From assembly GCF_964355755.1 (NCBI RefSeq), contig NC_092673.1, positions 21,263,648-21,327,647 of the forward strand: a stretch of 64,000 bases of DNA, in the 5' to 3' direction. The notes beneath the pieces are model-generated. The model worked only from the letters and a program-made list of their open reading frames with translations, was not told where the DNA came from and ran no database searches. Shown one piece after another: positions 41,501-54,891 of the stretch. Within the stretch, counting starts at the first letter, position 1. The number at the start of each line of letters is the position of its first letter. The stretch comes from Antedon mediterranea (lineage: Eukaryota; Animalia; Echinodermata). The position numbers and the translations under genes were made by a program.

Positions 41501-42640
41501 TTCAAGTCAGGTGATGTATCCCGTCCCCGGGGTTTCTTTTAATACGCTCCCCGCGCAATACATTACTACCAGGGGCTGCGGATAACGTCAGTGTTCATGT
41601 GTTTTTTATTCAGACTTGCAGCTGATGATTATGGACTAGTACGAGTTGGTACGGTTGCCTACACTTTAAAGCATTAAGTAGACTGATGTAATAACTCCGA
41701 ACAATGATTAAGGAATAGCATTTTGTATAGTAAACACTTGATATAAAAAAGCACTTTTTGTAACATCCTGCTGAATAAAAAAAAACATAAGTAGAATAAT
41801 ACTATTTTGTAGTGTTGTAAACCACAACCACTGTGTTTTATATTTATTGTTTTATACATAATAGGAAACGAGGTCGGAGAAACCCCTATCAAATAGGGAA
41901 TTTGCCACTCTACTATCAAGTTCTTAAATCTATTCCGTTTTGCGTCACTAGAACTAATGTAATAAGGTAACCTTGATCGGACGACACCGTTTTACAAAAT
42001 TTAATAATACACTTAACACTCACAATGAAGTTTGATTTACGATATGTGTACCTCCAAGCTGTTTATTATTCGTTGAGCGTTTTACAGTAGGCATATTCTA
42101 GTTGGTATATAAGTTGTCAAACCACAATTGAATACCGAAAGTGATGACGACACAACTTTGTGAAGACCAGGGCAGTTGGTATGTTCTCACGTTTGTGTGG
42201 TTTTGTTAGTGGCCTAGAACAAGTTAGTGTTTGGATTATACAGAGTTATTGGATTATCAACGTCAATAGACACATACAAAGTTGATGGTTGAACTTTTTA
42301 TCGAGGGCCTAACGATATATTTCCGTAACAAGAGAGTCGTTAACAAACAATTTATGAACTCTAGGCCTTATACATTGAATCTTTGATTATTTCTTGGCAC
42401 GGTTAAATGAAAAGGTTTCCCCCTAAACATTTCCATGTGCTGGTTGTTTACATAAATGAATGCTTAAAACATTTTATTAGCCTAGCGGAGGACCCCGTCG
42501 TTGCCTTTCTTTACCCATCAAACATTTGCTTGATCTAATATTAAAAGATTTGTATGGAATCATTTGTTTTCATGTCTGGATAAGCTTTAACTTTACCGTT
42601 AAATATCTTACGCGTAGTGTACGCGTATTCGTATATGTAA

Positions 42641-42822
42641 AGCTCTGTCTACACGATCAAAATAGCTTGACAACAAAGTCTTATCAAAAAGTTCGATAGT
42701 GTAGACAAGGCGGACTACACTATCAAACTTTGTGACAAAAAAAATGTGATGTGTCCATATATGGACATGATGATGTCATATCACTACCATATTTGGGCAT
42801 ATCTACCATATTTGAGCACATC
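42641..42822. mobile_element. Family A CArG-array MITE, copy 3 (mini-copy 42641-42707 plus partial copy)
   Basis: TAA|AGCTCTGTCTACAC...GTGTAGACA is followed by CTACACTATCAAACT. CArG boxes are CCATATATGG at 42755-64 and CCATATTTGG at 42787-96. Confidence 0.85.
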
Positions 42823-43557
42823 CACGTCGACACAAGTTTTATCCTTGTCGTGTAACTGTAAATTGGTATTTTGACTCTTGTTACTTGAAGTTTCTCATCT
42901 TAACATGGATGCATTATTCCTTTAAAAAAAGCCAACTTTGTGATAAATTCAATATTACATTCTACGCATATACACGCTAGATACATAACGGCGCCGTCTT
43001 TCGTTCCGTAAAACGGAACAAATGTGAATGGAGCTCTAGTCGCCGGTATCAAGGAAACTTTATCTAGTCCTGTTTATATAACCAGAACAATGCCTTGACT
43101 CGACACGCGATATGTTGATTTTACAATATTTTAAATTCCTCGGGCTAATTTTTGAGCCGGTTTTTGTCTTCATGCGTTTTAACAGCAAAAGTAAACAGCA
43201 CAACACAATAGACGTAGTCGGTTGAATATCGGTTATTGTATTTTTTTTTATTCAACTTTATCGTTTGACGTCAATTTAAATCTAGAACGTTCTACATCAT
43301 TAAGCAAATTCATCGTTCTGATGTATGAGTTTATTCTACAACAAACGAAACAAAAAATTATAAAGCTAACCAGTGTTAAGTTTTACACGCAAATATGTCT
43401 TCGGTAAGGACCAGAGGTCTCTTTCCATACAGGGTCAACGTCCTATATTCTCCTTGCAATTGGAATGGGTAGCATATGTACTTTTGTACCGGACCTCTTT
43501 CTGTTTCTTAAACCTACATATTGAGAACTACGCCTACCATTACTAGCCCTTCGACAC

Positions 43558-43750
43558 CAGTGGCGTAACGCAAAGGCCTGAAGCCCATGGCTTAGGAACC
43601 CTAAGTTGCCCGGCCAATGCTGAAGGCTTCGGGGTTTTTTTTAAAGCCTTTTTTTGACATATTTCAATACATGGGAACTGCTTGGGGGCCCCGATAAGCT
43701 CATGCCCTCTTGGATTTAGCCAGTGAGCGCTCATAGCCGTTACGCCACTG
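43558..43750. mobile_element. hAT-type MITE, copy 1
   Basis: TIR CAGTGGCGTAAC...GTTACGCCACTG with a perfect 8-bp TSD TTCGACAC. Confidence 0.9.
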
Positions 43751-44470
43751 TTCGACACACTCTAAACTTTGACACACTCTTTAAGTTTAATCTTGGTTCT
43801 CATAAGGACGCAACGCATTACGTGACGCGCCACAATTCAGACGACCAATCATGTCGTGAGTGGGAACTTTCGGCATTCGTAATCGCCTCAACGTACCAAG
43901 GAGCAACAATTAAAATACAGAATTCTCAATCTTGCCAAAGTGTGCCAAATTGTCATTTCTTGAATAAAAGACTTCCGCATTACGAAACGGAAGATGTTTT
44001 GTTAAATAATAAAATCCAACAAAAAAAAATGAATTTCGGAGCCTTCTTCTCTTTTCGTTAAACCGAACAAGTGTGAATGCACCTTAATCCATGTTTTTCT
44101 AACTAGACGCATTATACACGCCCGTCAATAGTGAACAGTGATTCAAGATATCTATTTATCAAACTAAAAATTAATCTCTAATTAATAATTGAATGCCAAT
44201 TGAAAGGTTAACAGGCGGAAAACATTGTTACGAGATTACCAGTATTACTTCATCCGGATACTACTCGCACCGTTATACAAAAACAACAATTCAAATTTAA
44301 CATTCGGTCGGACCTACGCAAATACGCCACTTCGTACGATTAATTCTCGAGTTGGTAAATTATGTTTTTGTAGGTATAATACGCGGTGTAATATAAGTGG
44401 GGCTACTTCTCTATTTGCACAGATCAAGTAGGCCTACAAATTATACCAGGGAATAGTAAAATTACATTCA

Positions 44471-44667
44471 TGCTTTGTTCCCACTAGAGACGCAACACAA
44501 CGACGTAACGCAACGTAAGTGATTTGACCAATTATAAGCGATGGATTTATCGGACTGTCGCTTGTGATTGGTCAACTTGTTTGCGTTGCGCCTACGTCCT
44601 TGCGTTACGTCCTAGTGGGATGCGTTGCGCTTACGTCCTTGCGTTACGTCCTAGTGGGAACTAAGCT
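44471..44667. mobile_element. Family B Harbinger-type MITE
   Basis: GTTCCCACTAG...CTAGTGGGAACTAAGCT|TAA, with an internal duplication of TGCGTTGCG..TACGTCCTTGCGTTACGTCCTAGTGGGA. Confidence 0.8.
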
Positions 44668-44670
44668 TAA

Positions 44671-44821
44671 AGGCAATTTACACAGAAGAGCGGTAACGGT
44701 AATAAAAATATAGAATCTATGTTATTCCTCATGACCACTTACACACAACGCTGGGCGTTTCCGCTCAGAATAAATACAGATTCTACGTGGGACAAAGTAC
44801 GTGGGTTACCGCTTGTCTGTC
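44671..44821. mobile_element. Harbinger-type MITE, family C (partial)
   Basis: It aligns with the complete copy at 57838-58026. Confidence 0.75.
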
Positions 44822-46299
44822 CTGGTTATACTGAATATATGAAGGGAAATGAGTTTGGCTGCACAAACCCTTGTATACGAGTAATGCTTTTGGAGGCTGT
44901 TAAACGATGAAGCTATTAATATGGTTGGATTCAAAGAATGAATTTCTCCGGGGAAGATTACGGAATACGTGGTACAATATAAGTTGATCCTCCTTCACTT
45001 GTATCCAACAATCTTATTTATGGACTTTATTTAGAAACGCCTCGTGTTTGTGTGATAATCTTTTGAAAAATGATACCGGTAGCTCATTGCAGGCAACAGT
45101 GCAAAACTTTACCAAGAATTCTAATAAGGTAATTACCAACAATAAGTGTTAGATTTATCCTGATTTGTAATTTTTGTCTTTTTTGTTCTCATATAAAAAA
45201 AACCTAATCGTATTTTTGTAATCAATCAATCAATCAATCTCAATCATCTAAATACACAAACAAAGAGGAGTAAATCAAATTGAAGTAAGACGAATGAGAC
45301 ATCCAGGAAACCCAATGTGCTTGTGATACTGATAGGTAGGGGGCCCACAAAAAAAAAGAGTTACATTAAGATAATCAATAAATAAGTAAATAAATAAATA
45401 GCTCGTATAGACGAATAGACCATGACAGTGTCAATTATTACAGGAGACGCAATATTTTTCTCCTCGTATCGTAAAGTTACGGTACCAATTTTAGCTCTTA
45501 CACCTCATAAACTGCCCATTCAATATTCGGTACGTGTAGACTATTTTATTGCGAAGACCGATCTCTCTCCAAGAGACACCATTAAGGGGAAACTTTGCTG
45601 TGTCATCCCGAAGGTTTCAACTTGGGGTTCTAATGTGCGTAATTAGAGCACAAATCAGTGTCTCGTTTATACCCCAAATGCCAGCGTATACCAATGAAAA
45701 TCGTTGACCTGAGGACGTGAACTTTATGGCTTTACCATAAGGGGTGTGACGTAGTCTTGAGTGTGATGACAATAAGCGCAATGCCAATGTACCATAATAT
45801 TACAGTTGAACTGTTATACTGATCACCTCTGTAGTCAAGGACATACCTGATTTATAGAGTTACTGATTTTATCGTTCCCTATTCATATTTATTTGGTTGG
45901 AAGGTCATAGAATATTACCCAACAAAATGATCCAACTGGGTTAACCTGATCTTAAAATGGTTTTACACACAAACCTGTGGACTTCTTAAATGCAACGTTT
46001 TGACGTACTTGCGTCGCGTGTTATGGGAACCATGGGTTAATGTAGGTCTACGATATGTTACACAAAGTAATTATTAAATAATATATTGTTTTGGGGGGCT
46101 GGTGTGTGCCGGTTCCCTAGGTACCGATGATGATCCCAATCCCCATGTTACGAGCTAAGAGCTAAATTCGAGTATTTTCTAGTATTTCCTGGCTGATAAG
46201 GAAGGTTATAGCCTATTGTTCTAAAACAACATCGTATACATTTTATGTTTTTTATCAACCGTTTAGATGGTTTATAATGGTTGTCGTATAATAAACTAT

Positions 46300-46742
46300 C
46301 ATGGGCTTCTTCTTTTTTTAGTGCTCTTGGATGGGCTTCTTCTCGAGATGGGCTTCTTTTCGAGATGGGCTTCATTTCGAGAGTACTTTTGCAAACTGTA
46401 GAGGGGGGCTTCTTTTCGAAATGAATGCTGTAAATTTTGTGAATTTCTACTACAATAATGTGACTTTTGAGACATTTTTTCAACCATGAAATTATTTTTA
46501 ATATACCAATTAAAAAACAATATAAAAAGCAAAAAAAACAGTCCTATGATTCACCGTCAAATACAATAATTTCGTCATCATCTCAATACAGTATGAGTAG
46601 TCTGTCTCGAAATGAAGCCCATACTATCTTGAAAAGAAGCCCAGGGGGCTTCATTTCGAGATGGGCTTCTTTTCGAGAGTACTTTTGCAAACTGTAGAGG
46701 GGGGCTTATTTTCGAGATGGGCTTCTTTTCGAGGTTACGGTA
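46300..46742. mobile_element. Tc1/pogo-type MITE remnant with GGGCTTCTTTTCGAGAT repeats
   Basis: It ends ...GGGCTTCTTTTCGAGGTTACGG-TA and has an internal direct repeat at about 46367-46419 and 46663-46714. Confidence 0.6.
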
Positions 46743-47301
46743 TTACTTATGGTATTACGAAGTCTATACGTCTACTTCGATCTTAAATATAATAGGCAAT
46801 TATTACGCTGCTCGATTTGGAACAGGATTCGAACCAAAGTCTCTGGTTTATGCCCTATCGCGCGTTGTTGATGGATGTCAAACGACCTCAAATACTTATC
46901 AAACTTGAGATACCTTTGATGAGCCGACCGGGACCAACCAGACCAAATAATGCGTTTACATAATAGTAACTGGACTTTAACCAGCCCTTGACGAGTGAGT
47001 ACATGTACTTAAGATTACAACAAGTGGTTCATGATAAAACAGTCGATAACATTACATTTTATTGTGTTTTTGATATGTGTTTACGTCATCATAGACGTCA
47101 AACTTTTTATCTTATATATTTTTGTTACTAATTTCATAACTCTATGCTATTTATTGCTAGTGTAAATGTTGTTCTGGTATTTTAAGATTGCACTCAAAGA
47201 ACAATATATAACAGGTCATCAGCTGATTTCTATGAGTGACATCGGCATGTTTAGTCTGATCAACCCCTACCCGATGAGAACCAAAACGAGGCTGTAATCA
47301 G

Positions 47302-47449
47302 CCAGAACAAGTGTCGGATAAGGACTATAAACCGTATGTCCAGTGTGTGACACATCTAGCCCATGTGCGCACTTTTTAAAGAAGCTAGTACATCTTTCGA
47401 GACGAGTAGGGGGTTACACAGCCACTGATCATAACTGGTCTTGAAGAGT
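47302..47449 (+). mobile_element. Deu/Nin-like SINE, copy 3 (5' truncated)
   Basis: TCGGATAAGGACTATAAACCGT...CTAGTACATCTTTCGAGACGAGTAGGGGGTTAC...CACTGATCATAACTGG. Confidence 0.7.
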
Positions 47450-50433
47450 ATACAAATAACAAATGCAAAAATAATAGTAATAATTAAGATACTTAACCAT
47501 GGAATTCCATGTATTTTACCCACCTACGTACCAGCCACTACATTTTCACTCGAATGTTAGTGGGGGTGGATTTACAATAGGATGGGGTGGACATTTCGAA
47601 CCAAGAATGGAGGGTAAATGTGAAAAGCCACAACGATTTGGCTGTTTGAAACTAAATTAAAGAAGCCACACTTACCCAACCTTGAGTGTCAGGGGTATGG
47701 AGGCCTAGACAAAAGCAACATGTTATGACTTATGTATTTTGTCGCTTTTCGAGTTATATCTTGGGGTGATTCGAACTTAAAGTCTTTCTTACTTATCTGA
47801 CTCTAACCCCCCACCCCCACATGACTGAAATACTTTTCATTGTATTTATATGCAATTATTAACAAACTAGTTTAATATTATGTTGTCATTGTATATATCA
47901 TGTATGTTATAATATTGTGGAATTAAATTGAAATTGAAATATATACGTTATAATACGTACTCTCTATTGTTTCTTTCGGCTCAAATGATTTTTTTTCCAA
48001 CTTAAAAATAAATTATTTCTTTGTATTATAAGACTACTGATACTGTAGTAGGCCTACTTGAATGAACAATATTCATAAAATGTATATATAAAGTTCGTAG
48101 GTTTTATATTAATATGTATAAAATATATTGGATTTAATAATATTATCGATGGTGAAGGCGTTTGTTTACTTTATAACAATCTGGTTCAAACGTACCCCGT
48201 AATACCGATTTGTTAAATCACAACAACAGTTCGGGCCTACACTATGTCCTCTATAATTCCAGGAAAAATGGAAATGACAGCGCTCAACCCTAACCCAACG
48301 GGGGATCCATGATTTAATGACAGCCACGTTCATCAACTTTTACCCACTACGGGGGCTTCACCTAGAATCACTGATCCCAGTCTTCGATTGACTAATGATA
48401 CGTTCTTACATTATCTATATTAATTAATAATCATTAAGTTTACATAAATGTTTTAAATAAATAATAAATAGTTTGATTGCTTTGTAGCATTTAGCAAATC
48501 AAATACTGTAATTATGTAATTATGATGAATTCGATTAGATAATGTATATATGTAAAAATCATAATTAATGAAACAATGTTAATGATGATGAAATAAAAGT
48601 GGGAAACCCCCAAAAGACATAGCATACTTATAGTTTTATGGAAAACAGGAAAATAAATACTGCAATATTGAATTTTTGTTGTGCGTTAGTAGGCAAATAT
48701 GGCCTAAATAATAAAAGGAGGGTGCAATATGACTAGCATTATGGAGAGTGTAATAGGTCTTAAATTAAATAAGGTACCGTTAGCTGTGTTAATGGCCTAA
48801 ATATATGGGACTAGGCCGTAATATGAAATAATGGGGTGAGGTAGGCCGGTCTAATATATGGGAGTAGTTATAGGCCAATGTGAAATATAGGGGAAAGTGT
48901 AATATAACATGAAGTAAAAAGCAGATAATATGAGAGTGAAGATACAGAAATGGATTGATTGATTGATTAATTGTATTGTATCGTGGTTTATTTTACATCA
49001 ACATTTTCATTTTCACACTTGTGCTAAACAGCGCATAGAGACTATTTTGTATTTTGCGGTATATAAATTTAAAACCATTAGCACTCCAATTCTGAACGCA
49101 CATCAGTACTGAGTCTCCCTTCATCAATACCACCATCAATAATTATCCAACCAATACAATCAATTATAGAACCAATACAGTTATTGATTTACAAATCTAT
49201 AACAATAAAATACTAATAAGATGGACCGCCGATAATATTAGGCTCTCTTTTCTCCTCCCCCATCCACTTTTCTCCCCCAAAAGTTTGTAAACAGCACAAT
49301 AAAATAAATGAAATCGGTATCGGAATACTTTGAAGTTTGTAAGCCTAACCCACATGTAATCCACATGTTACTAACGTTGTCAATGTCAGCATCAATAATA
49401 CAGACATCCTTCTAAAAACTGGGTGAGATGAGGAAAACCCGGATGTACTCAGTGTGTTACATAAGTCACGTGAGACAATGTTTTCCTGGCAAATTACATT
49501 ACTACCTCTAGTACTCGTTGAATGTTGACTGCTTTGTGTTTGTGGTAATGTTATTGGTAGACCTGGAATAAAGTCCCCGTATCTGGTATATGCAGTCGTA
49601 CAGTTGTGATTTTAAAAAGAAGATTCGTGGAAGAAAAAAGGCGATTTATTTTAATTGCCTACCTGCGGATCCCTCCTAAAGTCGTGTTTGGTCCATCCAT
49701 AGGATTAATATTACAGTATTTTAATTCGAACTCTCTCCTACATTATTACTCCATGGTCTATCTAGATTTAAGGGCTCTAATTTTCATGGGTTATAATTAA
49801 TATAGATAAAGGTGGGCCTTTTCTACCGGCTTAAAATCGATCTAAAACGTAATTGTATATATATAACTACCCCATAATATTTTAATCTCATTTGGGAAAC
49901 CCCCAAGAAATCAGTTTGATTTGATTTTTGGGTCAGTGCACACGTTCGCAACCATCCTCTCGTCATTTCCAGTCCCTTAGTAAGCCCCCATCATTTTTTC
50001 ACCTTGAATGCACTCATGTACTTCCGAAACACTGATAATTGACCCTGTCTCATGCCCCCACTACGTTATTACCTGCCCGACAGTTAAAATGACTCGTCAT
50101 AGCCAGCCTATAGTCTTCTCATGCACTTTCGTTATTATTTAACATGTTTTAAAAAGATGGATGGATGGATGGATGCCAAAAACTACCATTTACCAATACA
50201 ACCGCAACCTCCGTCTTGTCATTTCCAACCCCCTATACGACTTGGGATATCCCAATACATTTAGCTTTGTTGTTACGTCATTACCTGTCTACAGGTCTAG
50301 GTCAGTCAATGTGTCATACTAGGACTTTTGCCAGTGTGCCTAATTTTTAATTTTGCATACTTTATAACAAGGCTGTGAAGTCATTGATTAAATTTCCTTT
50401 CAAAAGTGGATCAAACGCACAGTAAATAACTAA

Positions 50434-50584
50434 AGCTCTGTTTCACTTTATGTGAAAAAAAATGTGATGTGCCATATATGGACATGATGATGTCATATCA
50501 CTACCATATTTGGGAATATCAATACCATATTTGGGCACATCACACTTTTTTTTGTCAAACTAGTTTGAAAGTGTAGACAGAGCT
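50434..50584. mobile_element. Family A CArG-array MITE, copy 4
   Basis: TAA|AGCTCTGT...GTGTAGACAGAGCT|TTA, with perfect CArG boxes at 50472-81, 50504-13 and 50525-34. Confidence 0.9.
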
Positions 50585-51188
50585 TTAGATAGGCTTCCAA
50601 AATAAGCCAATTATTGTTTGTAGCCGATATAATATTAATTATTAATATTTACATTTATTAAAAATTGCAGTTTTATTGATATTAATTTCTAAGCATAAAA
50701 TAGTTATTGGTCTACTAATGCCGAGATATCTTTGTGACTTACTCACGATTAGTTAGAACTTAAATAAATTATTAATCAGTCCCGATGACTTCAACTCTAC
50801 TTCACAACAGTTGCTCTTCTCTCAAATCTTGAGTTTTTTTGCATTTGAATACATAACTGAACTAAACGTTCCTTCAGGACATTGTTTTCTATTATGCTTT
50901 TTGTAAACAATTCCCGATTATTAATTCTATAAAAATCAGCAAGTATTATGACATGCGTTTAACGTCTTTAAGGCATTATACGTCTGATTACGTCATCGAA
51001 ATTCATTGTTCTTTTCCCGCGAGATTGTCTCTAGGCTACCGAGTTAGTTTCCCTCTAATTCATGACGATAGTGAAACAGTTCTCTGACATCAATGTCATC
51101 ATTTACATATGCGCTTTATTTTACTCTATTTACATATACAGTATACTTTGATATAATAATTCTTTACTACTTTTGCGTGTTTTGTATA

Positions 51189-51671
51189 GAGGGCGCGTAT
51201 CCACAATTAATGTCGATCACCACAGCAGTTTGGAGGCGTATCACCTACTTATCAATTTAAAAGAAAGTTAATAATTTTTTGTTTGTTTACTCCTAGAAAT
51301 GATTCAAATACCGTGAAGGAAGGAGACATGTTGTGATTTTAACGTGCGTATTTATTGTAAAAGATAAAATGGAACCATTGTAACCAAATAGTTGATGGTG
51401 CGGCGGCGAGGACGATAATACTTGGAATATGCTTTTGCAATAGCGGGGGACAAACCAATCGGTAGTGCGTTAAACAATAACAAAATAAATATAATTAAAA
51501 TTCAATACCAAAATTAATTTTTTAAAAAGCGGTGATTGGCCAAGCGGTTTAAGATAGTGGAAGATCAAAAATATAAAAGATAAAGCACGGTAATGAAGCC
51601 TATAGATGGCGCTGTATCTAAAACAGTAAACGTCAGAACTGTGTTCAGAAAGATTCAACATATACGCCCTC
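51189..51671. mobile_element. Possible Sola2-like non-autonomous element
   Basis: GAGGGCGCGTAT and ATATACGCCCTC form imperfect TIRs, flanked by TATA and TTTA. Confidence 0.35.
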
Positions 51672-51979
51672 TTTATATCAAACGATTATGAAATTACACA
51701 GTTATCCTTACTAAAATCAAAATGTAATTTTGCATATTGATTAACCGCTATCAATATTCGTCATATTATTTTTACAATATGCGCCATCCATCATTTTATA
51801 ATATTATTTATATAAAATCATTAACAAATTAATAAAATAACATACTCAAGATTCAAGAAATGTTAATTATGAAAACATTTATTTAAGAAAATTGTAAAAA
51901 CGATATAGGCCAATGTTAAATTACTGTAAAAACGATTAAAAATTATTAAAAATTCAAAATAAAAATTAAGAAACTTCTA

Positions 51980-52110
51980 AAACGGAAGTGCGTCGGTACG
52001 GTTCCCTCTAGGCCGCGGTATCTATGCGTAAAAAGACGCGTTTCCGATTGTGAGCGCGTGTAGGAAGCGCGTACCTGTTACGCGTATATTTATGTCGCTT
52101 CAGTATCACT
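51980..52110 (+). promoter_or_regulatory. Probable SLC28 promoter
   Basis: A CpG-rich patch with an ETS site CGGAAGTG (~51983) and Inr-like TCAGT (52100-04), about 220 nt upstream of the ATG. Confidence 0.45.
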
Positions 52111-52324
52111 ACTAGTACTGCTTGTACATCCAAAAGCATCAACAATGTGCGAAACGGTCTTATTCTTGTACGCAAACAACCACCGCAAAGTGCGTCCGAA
52201 TAAATGGTAAACTACTAGTGCGTTTTGTTTTGAGAGAGCTTAGTTGGCAGTCCGCTAGTTAGCTGTTTCACGTGTGTTCATTTTCCGCACAGAATTTAAA
52301 CCTCATCAGGTTAATTGCTATACA

Positions 52325-52423
52325 ATGACATCAAAAGAGGCTAATGAAACTGGCAAGTCCTCCGAGTATCATGCAATTGATGTTAAGGACAATAAGGAGA
52401 CATCTTTTACGGACAATGAACAG
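52325..52423 (+). CDS. slc28a3: SLC28/CNT nucleoside transporter exon 1
   Basis: ATG...MTSKEANE...TDNEQ|GTAAGA, phase 0, an acidic cytoplasmic N-terminus. Assigned to the gene by position and splice phase. Confidence 0.7.
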
Positions 52424-54518
52424 GTAAGATTTACCGGGTAGTGTTGTAGGCTAAGAAGCAACAAGCAGAGAGAGGGGAACAACAACACAGACTTGACGGT
52501 CATGACATTGTTTGTTGTGTACCTTGGAATAGAATACGGTACCCCTGGCTGGCCTTGAATAAAGGATTGTGACCGTCCTTGCTGTGAGTGCACTGAATTC
52601 TTTATAAGCTTTAGCCTAGTTTGTTAAGGCTAAGTGAGTGAATGCTGTGATATTATTGTTACGCTAGGTGCATTTTTTAAGCAGCATTTTTGTTTTCTGG
52701 TTTTTAAACTAATCTTTTTGTAAGATGGGATGGGTCTATTTCTAATAATATTCCAGGAGTAGTAGTAATCTTGCAAAGTTGAGCCGCCGGTAATTTCTAT
52801 GAAACGCCCAGTGCGTCTTTTACGACATTTCGCGTAGTGATAGAGTGGTGTCCTAGTACATAAGTTCATGGTCTTTAGGTTTATTGTGTCATGAAAATAA
52901 ATAATAATTACATACTACAATTTTGTTGGTTTGAACCGCCATAACAACACAGCAAAGGAAAGTAGTCATATTTAATAATTTAATTGTTTTTAATCTTTCA
53001 AGGTAAAAATGCAGTGCACTCCATAATATTTTTCTCGCGTGTATGCCTACCACGTAAAATCATGTTGTCTCTCAGGACTAATAGAGTATTGATATTCTTC
53101 GAATGAGATTAAATAATTATTATTTTTTATTTACTATCTTTTAATATCATATTTTATTGAATTTTACAATGTTAATACACAAAATATTTTACTCAAAAAC
53201 GGTGATTTTATGCAATTATTTTACCGAAAAATGGAGTAGGCCTAGTTCATACAACTGCCGCCTGAGGGGGCAACATGTTTACGTAATTTTTTGCTAAAAA
53301 CGATCATTTTCGGTCATGTTTTAGGCCTTATATTTTGGAATCTGCAAGTCAGATATTCATAATTATTTCTCTTTAATTATAATATTTAATAATATATACT
53401 AAAAACCGTGATATATAAACTTTGGAATATACATCGTTATATCTAATAATTAATATAAATAGAACTTCTATTAAATAGAAACGAGCACCGGCGAAAGTAA
53501 GCATTTGGCGTTTCATAGAAAATAACGTTTTTCTGGCGGCGGCTCAACTTGGCCTAATCCGCTAGCTCAAGGGTCAAGTATTAGTAATTAAATTAATTAT
53601 AATTTCATATCTCTTTTTATTGTGTAATTATAAATATTAATAGTTTTCTTTATTATTTACACTCTACAGTAGTATTTATTAATGAACAATGCAAAATGTT
53701 TTCAAAAGTATAATTTATTTTGATTTTTTGTTTATTTTTTAGTAATACTTGGGTTTTTTTGGGGAAGGGGGGGGGAGGTATTTTTTACAATAATGTATTT
53801 TCAAACCATTTTCAATAAAAGAAGTGCTAATATTAGAAATTAGTAGTTAACGTTTTTATTCCGTGTGGGTACGGTATATAAATATAACATTTATTTGTTA
53901 AATTGCCCAGGTCTTCTTCTATGACTCATCATAATGTATTGCACAGGCATGGCGTATAGTATATGAATCTTTTTTTTCATTATGACACGTTGAAACATAT
54001 CTTTAAACTAATTTTTCTTGTTTTCTTGTAATACAAAAAAACAATTCTATATCTGGTTTTGAAATAAAAGGTAAATAAAGACAAATTGATAGAGAAAAGA
54101 GGCGAAAACCATTTAATATTGTGCTAATATTGCAGCAACCATATGGAAACTAAAGATTCCAACAATTAGCCAGCGTACTAAAGCTAGCTATTAGGTGGTT
54201 ATTGTATTGTTAAGAGAACCTAAAGCATAAACCAGCCTTTGTGTATAGAATCACATTCAATGCCCTTGTTCAGTGTTGAATTGAAAGTACTAGAATTCTG
54301 TAGAAACACAAAACTGTTAGCAATCCTAAAAGGGCGGATCAAGGATTGTTAAAGTGAAAGAGTGCTAACAATCATTTAATCTTATTAGTCTGTATTTTAG
54401 CTGTTTAAACAGGATGGGAGCGTGTATGTCTTCACTGTCCATATGTACACACTCCCCTTTGGATCTGCCACTGATCCATGACCCCTCAGGCCTTCTTGCA
54501 TTATTATGATGAATTACT

Positions 54519-54891
54519 ATTTACAGCCTTACCACGTTGAAACACCGGTTCTCGTCAGATCAAGATCAAGTTAAGCAACGTTGGGCCTGGTTAGAGCTTG
54601 GACAGGAGACCATCTGGGAATATCGGGTGCTGTATATGTAGCTGGGGTCCCGTTAGGCATTTGAAATCAGCACTGCTGACTTTTTGTGGCAGCCCCTGCA
54701 TCTAGTATCTGCCTCAGACGTATTGACTTATGGCCTTTCTTTGTTGAAGGTGGTCACTGGACGAGAGAAGCCCTTGATCAATGTTAGTACCGATCAAGGC
54801 GCTTTAAACAGTCCTGGCTTTGTTTGTATCAAACCTGTTAGTGGCGGTAATTATCGCTGTTGGTTTCGATTGAATAAAATAAAAAATAAAA
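54519..54891 (+). mobile_element. 5S rRNA-derived SINE (SINE3-type) or 5S pseudogene with attached body
   Basis: 54519-54637 aligns with 5S rRNA (ACCACGTTGAAACACCGGTTCTCGTC...AGTTAAGCAACG...GGGAATATCGGGTGCTGTA). A ~235-bp body and an A-rich tail AATAAAATAAAAAATAAAA follow. Confidence 0.75.

Noticed and set aside
53760-53778. G-runs here and at about 16800-16826 and 60892-60907 as G-quadruplex elements
   Set aside because: They are simple homopolymer tracts, one inside a Kolobok terminus, with no evidence of function.
54519-54637. Functional 5S rRNA gene
   Set aside because: It is a single intronic copy with indels, CpG-type substitutions and no immediate oligo-T terminator.
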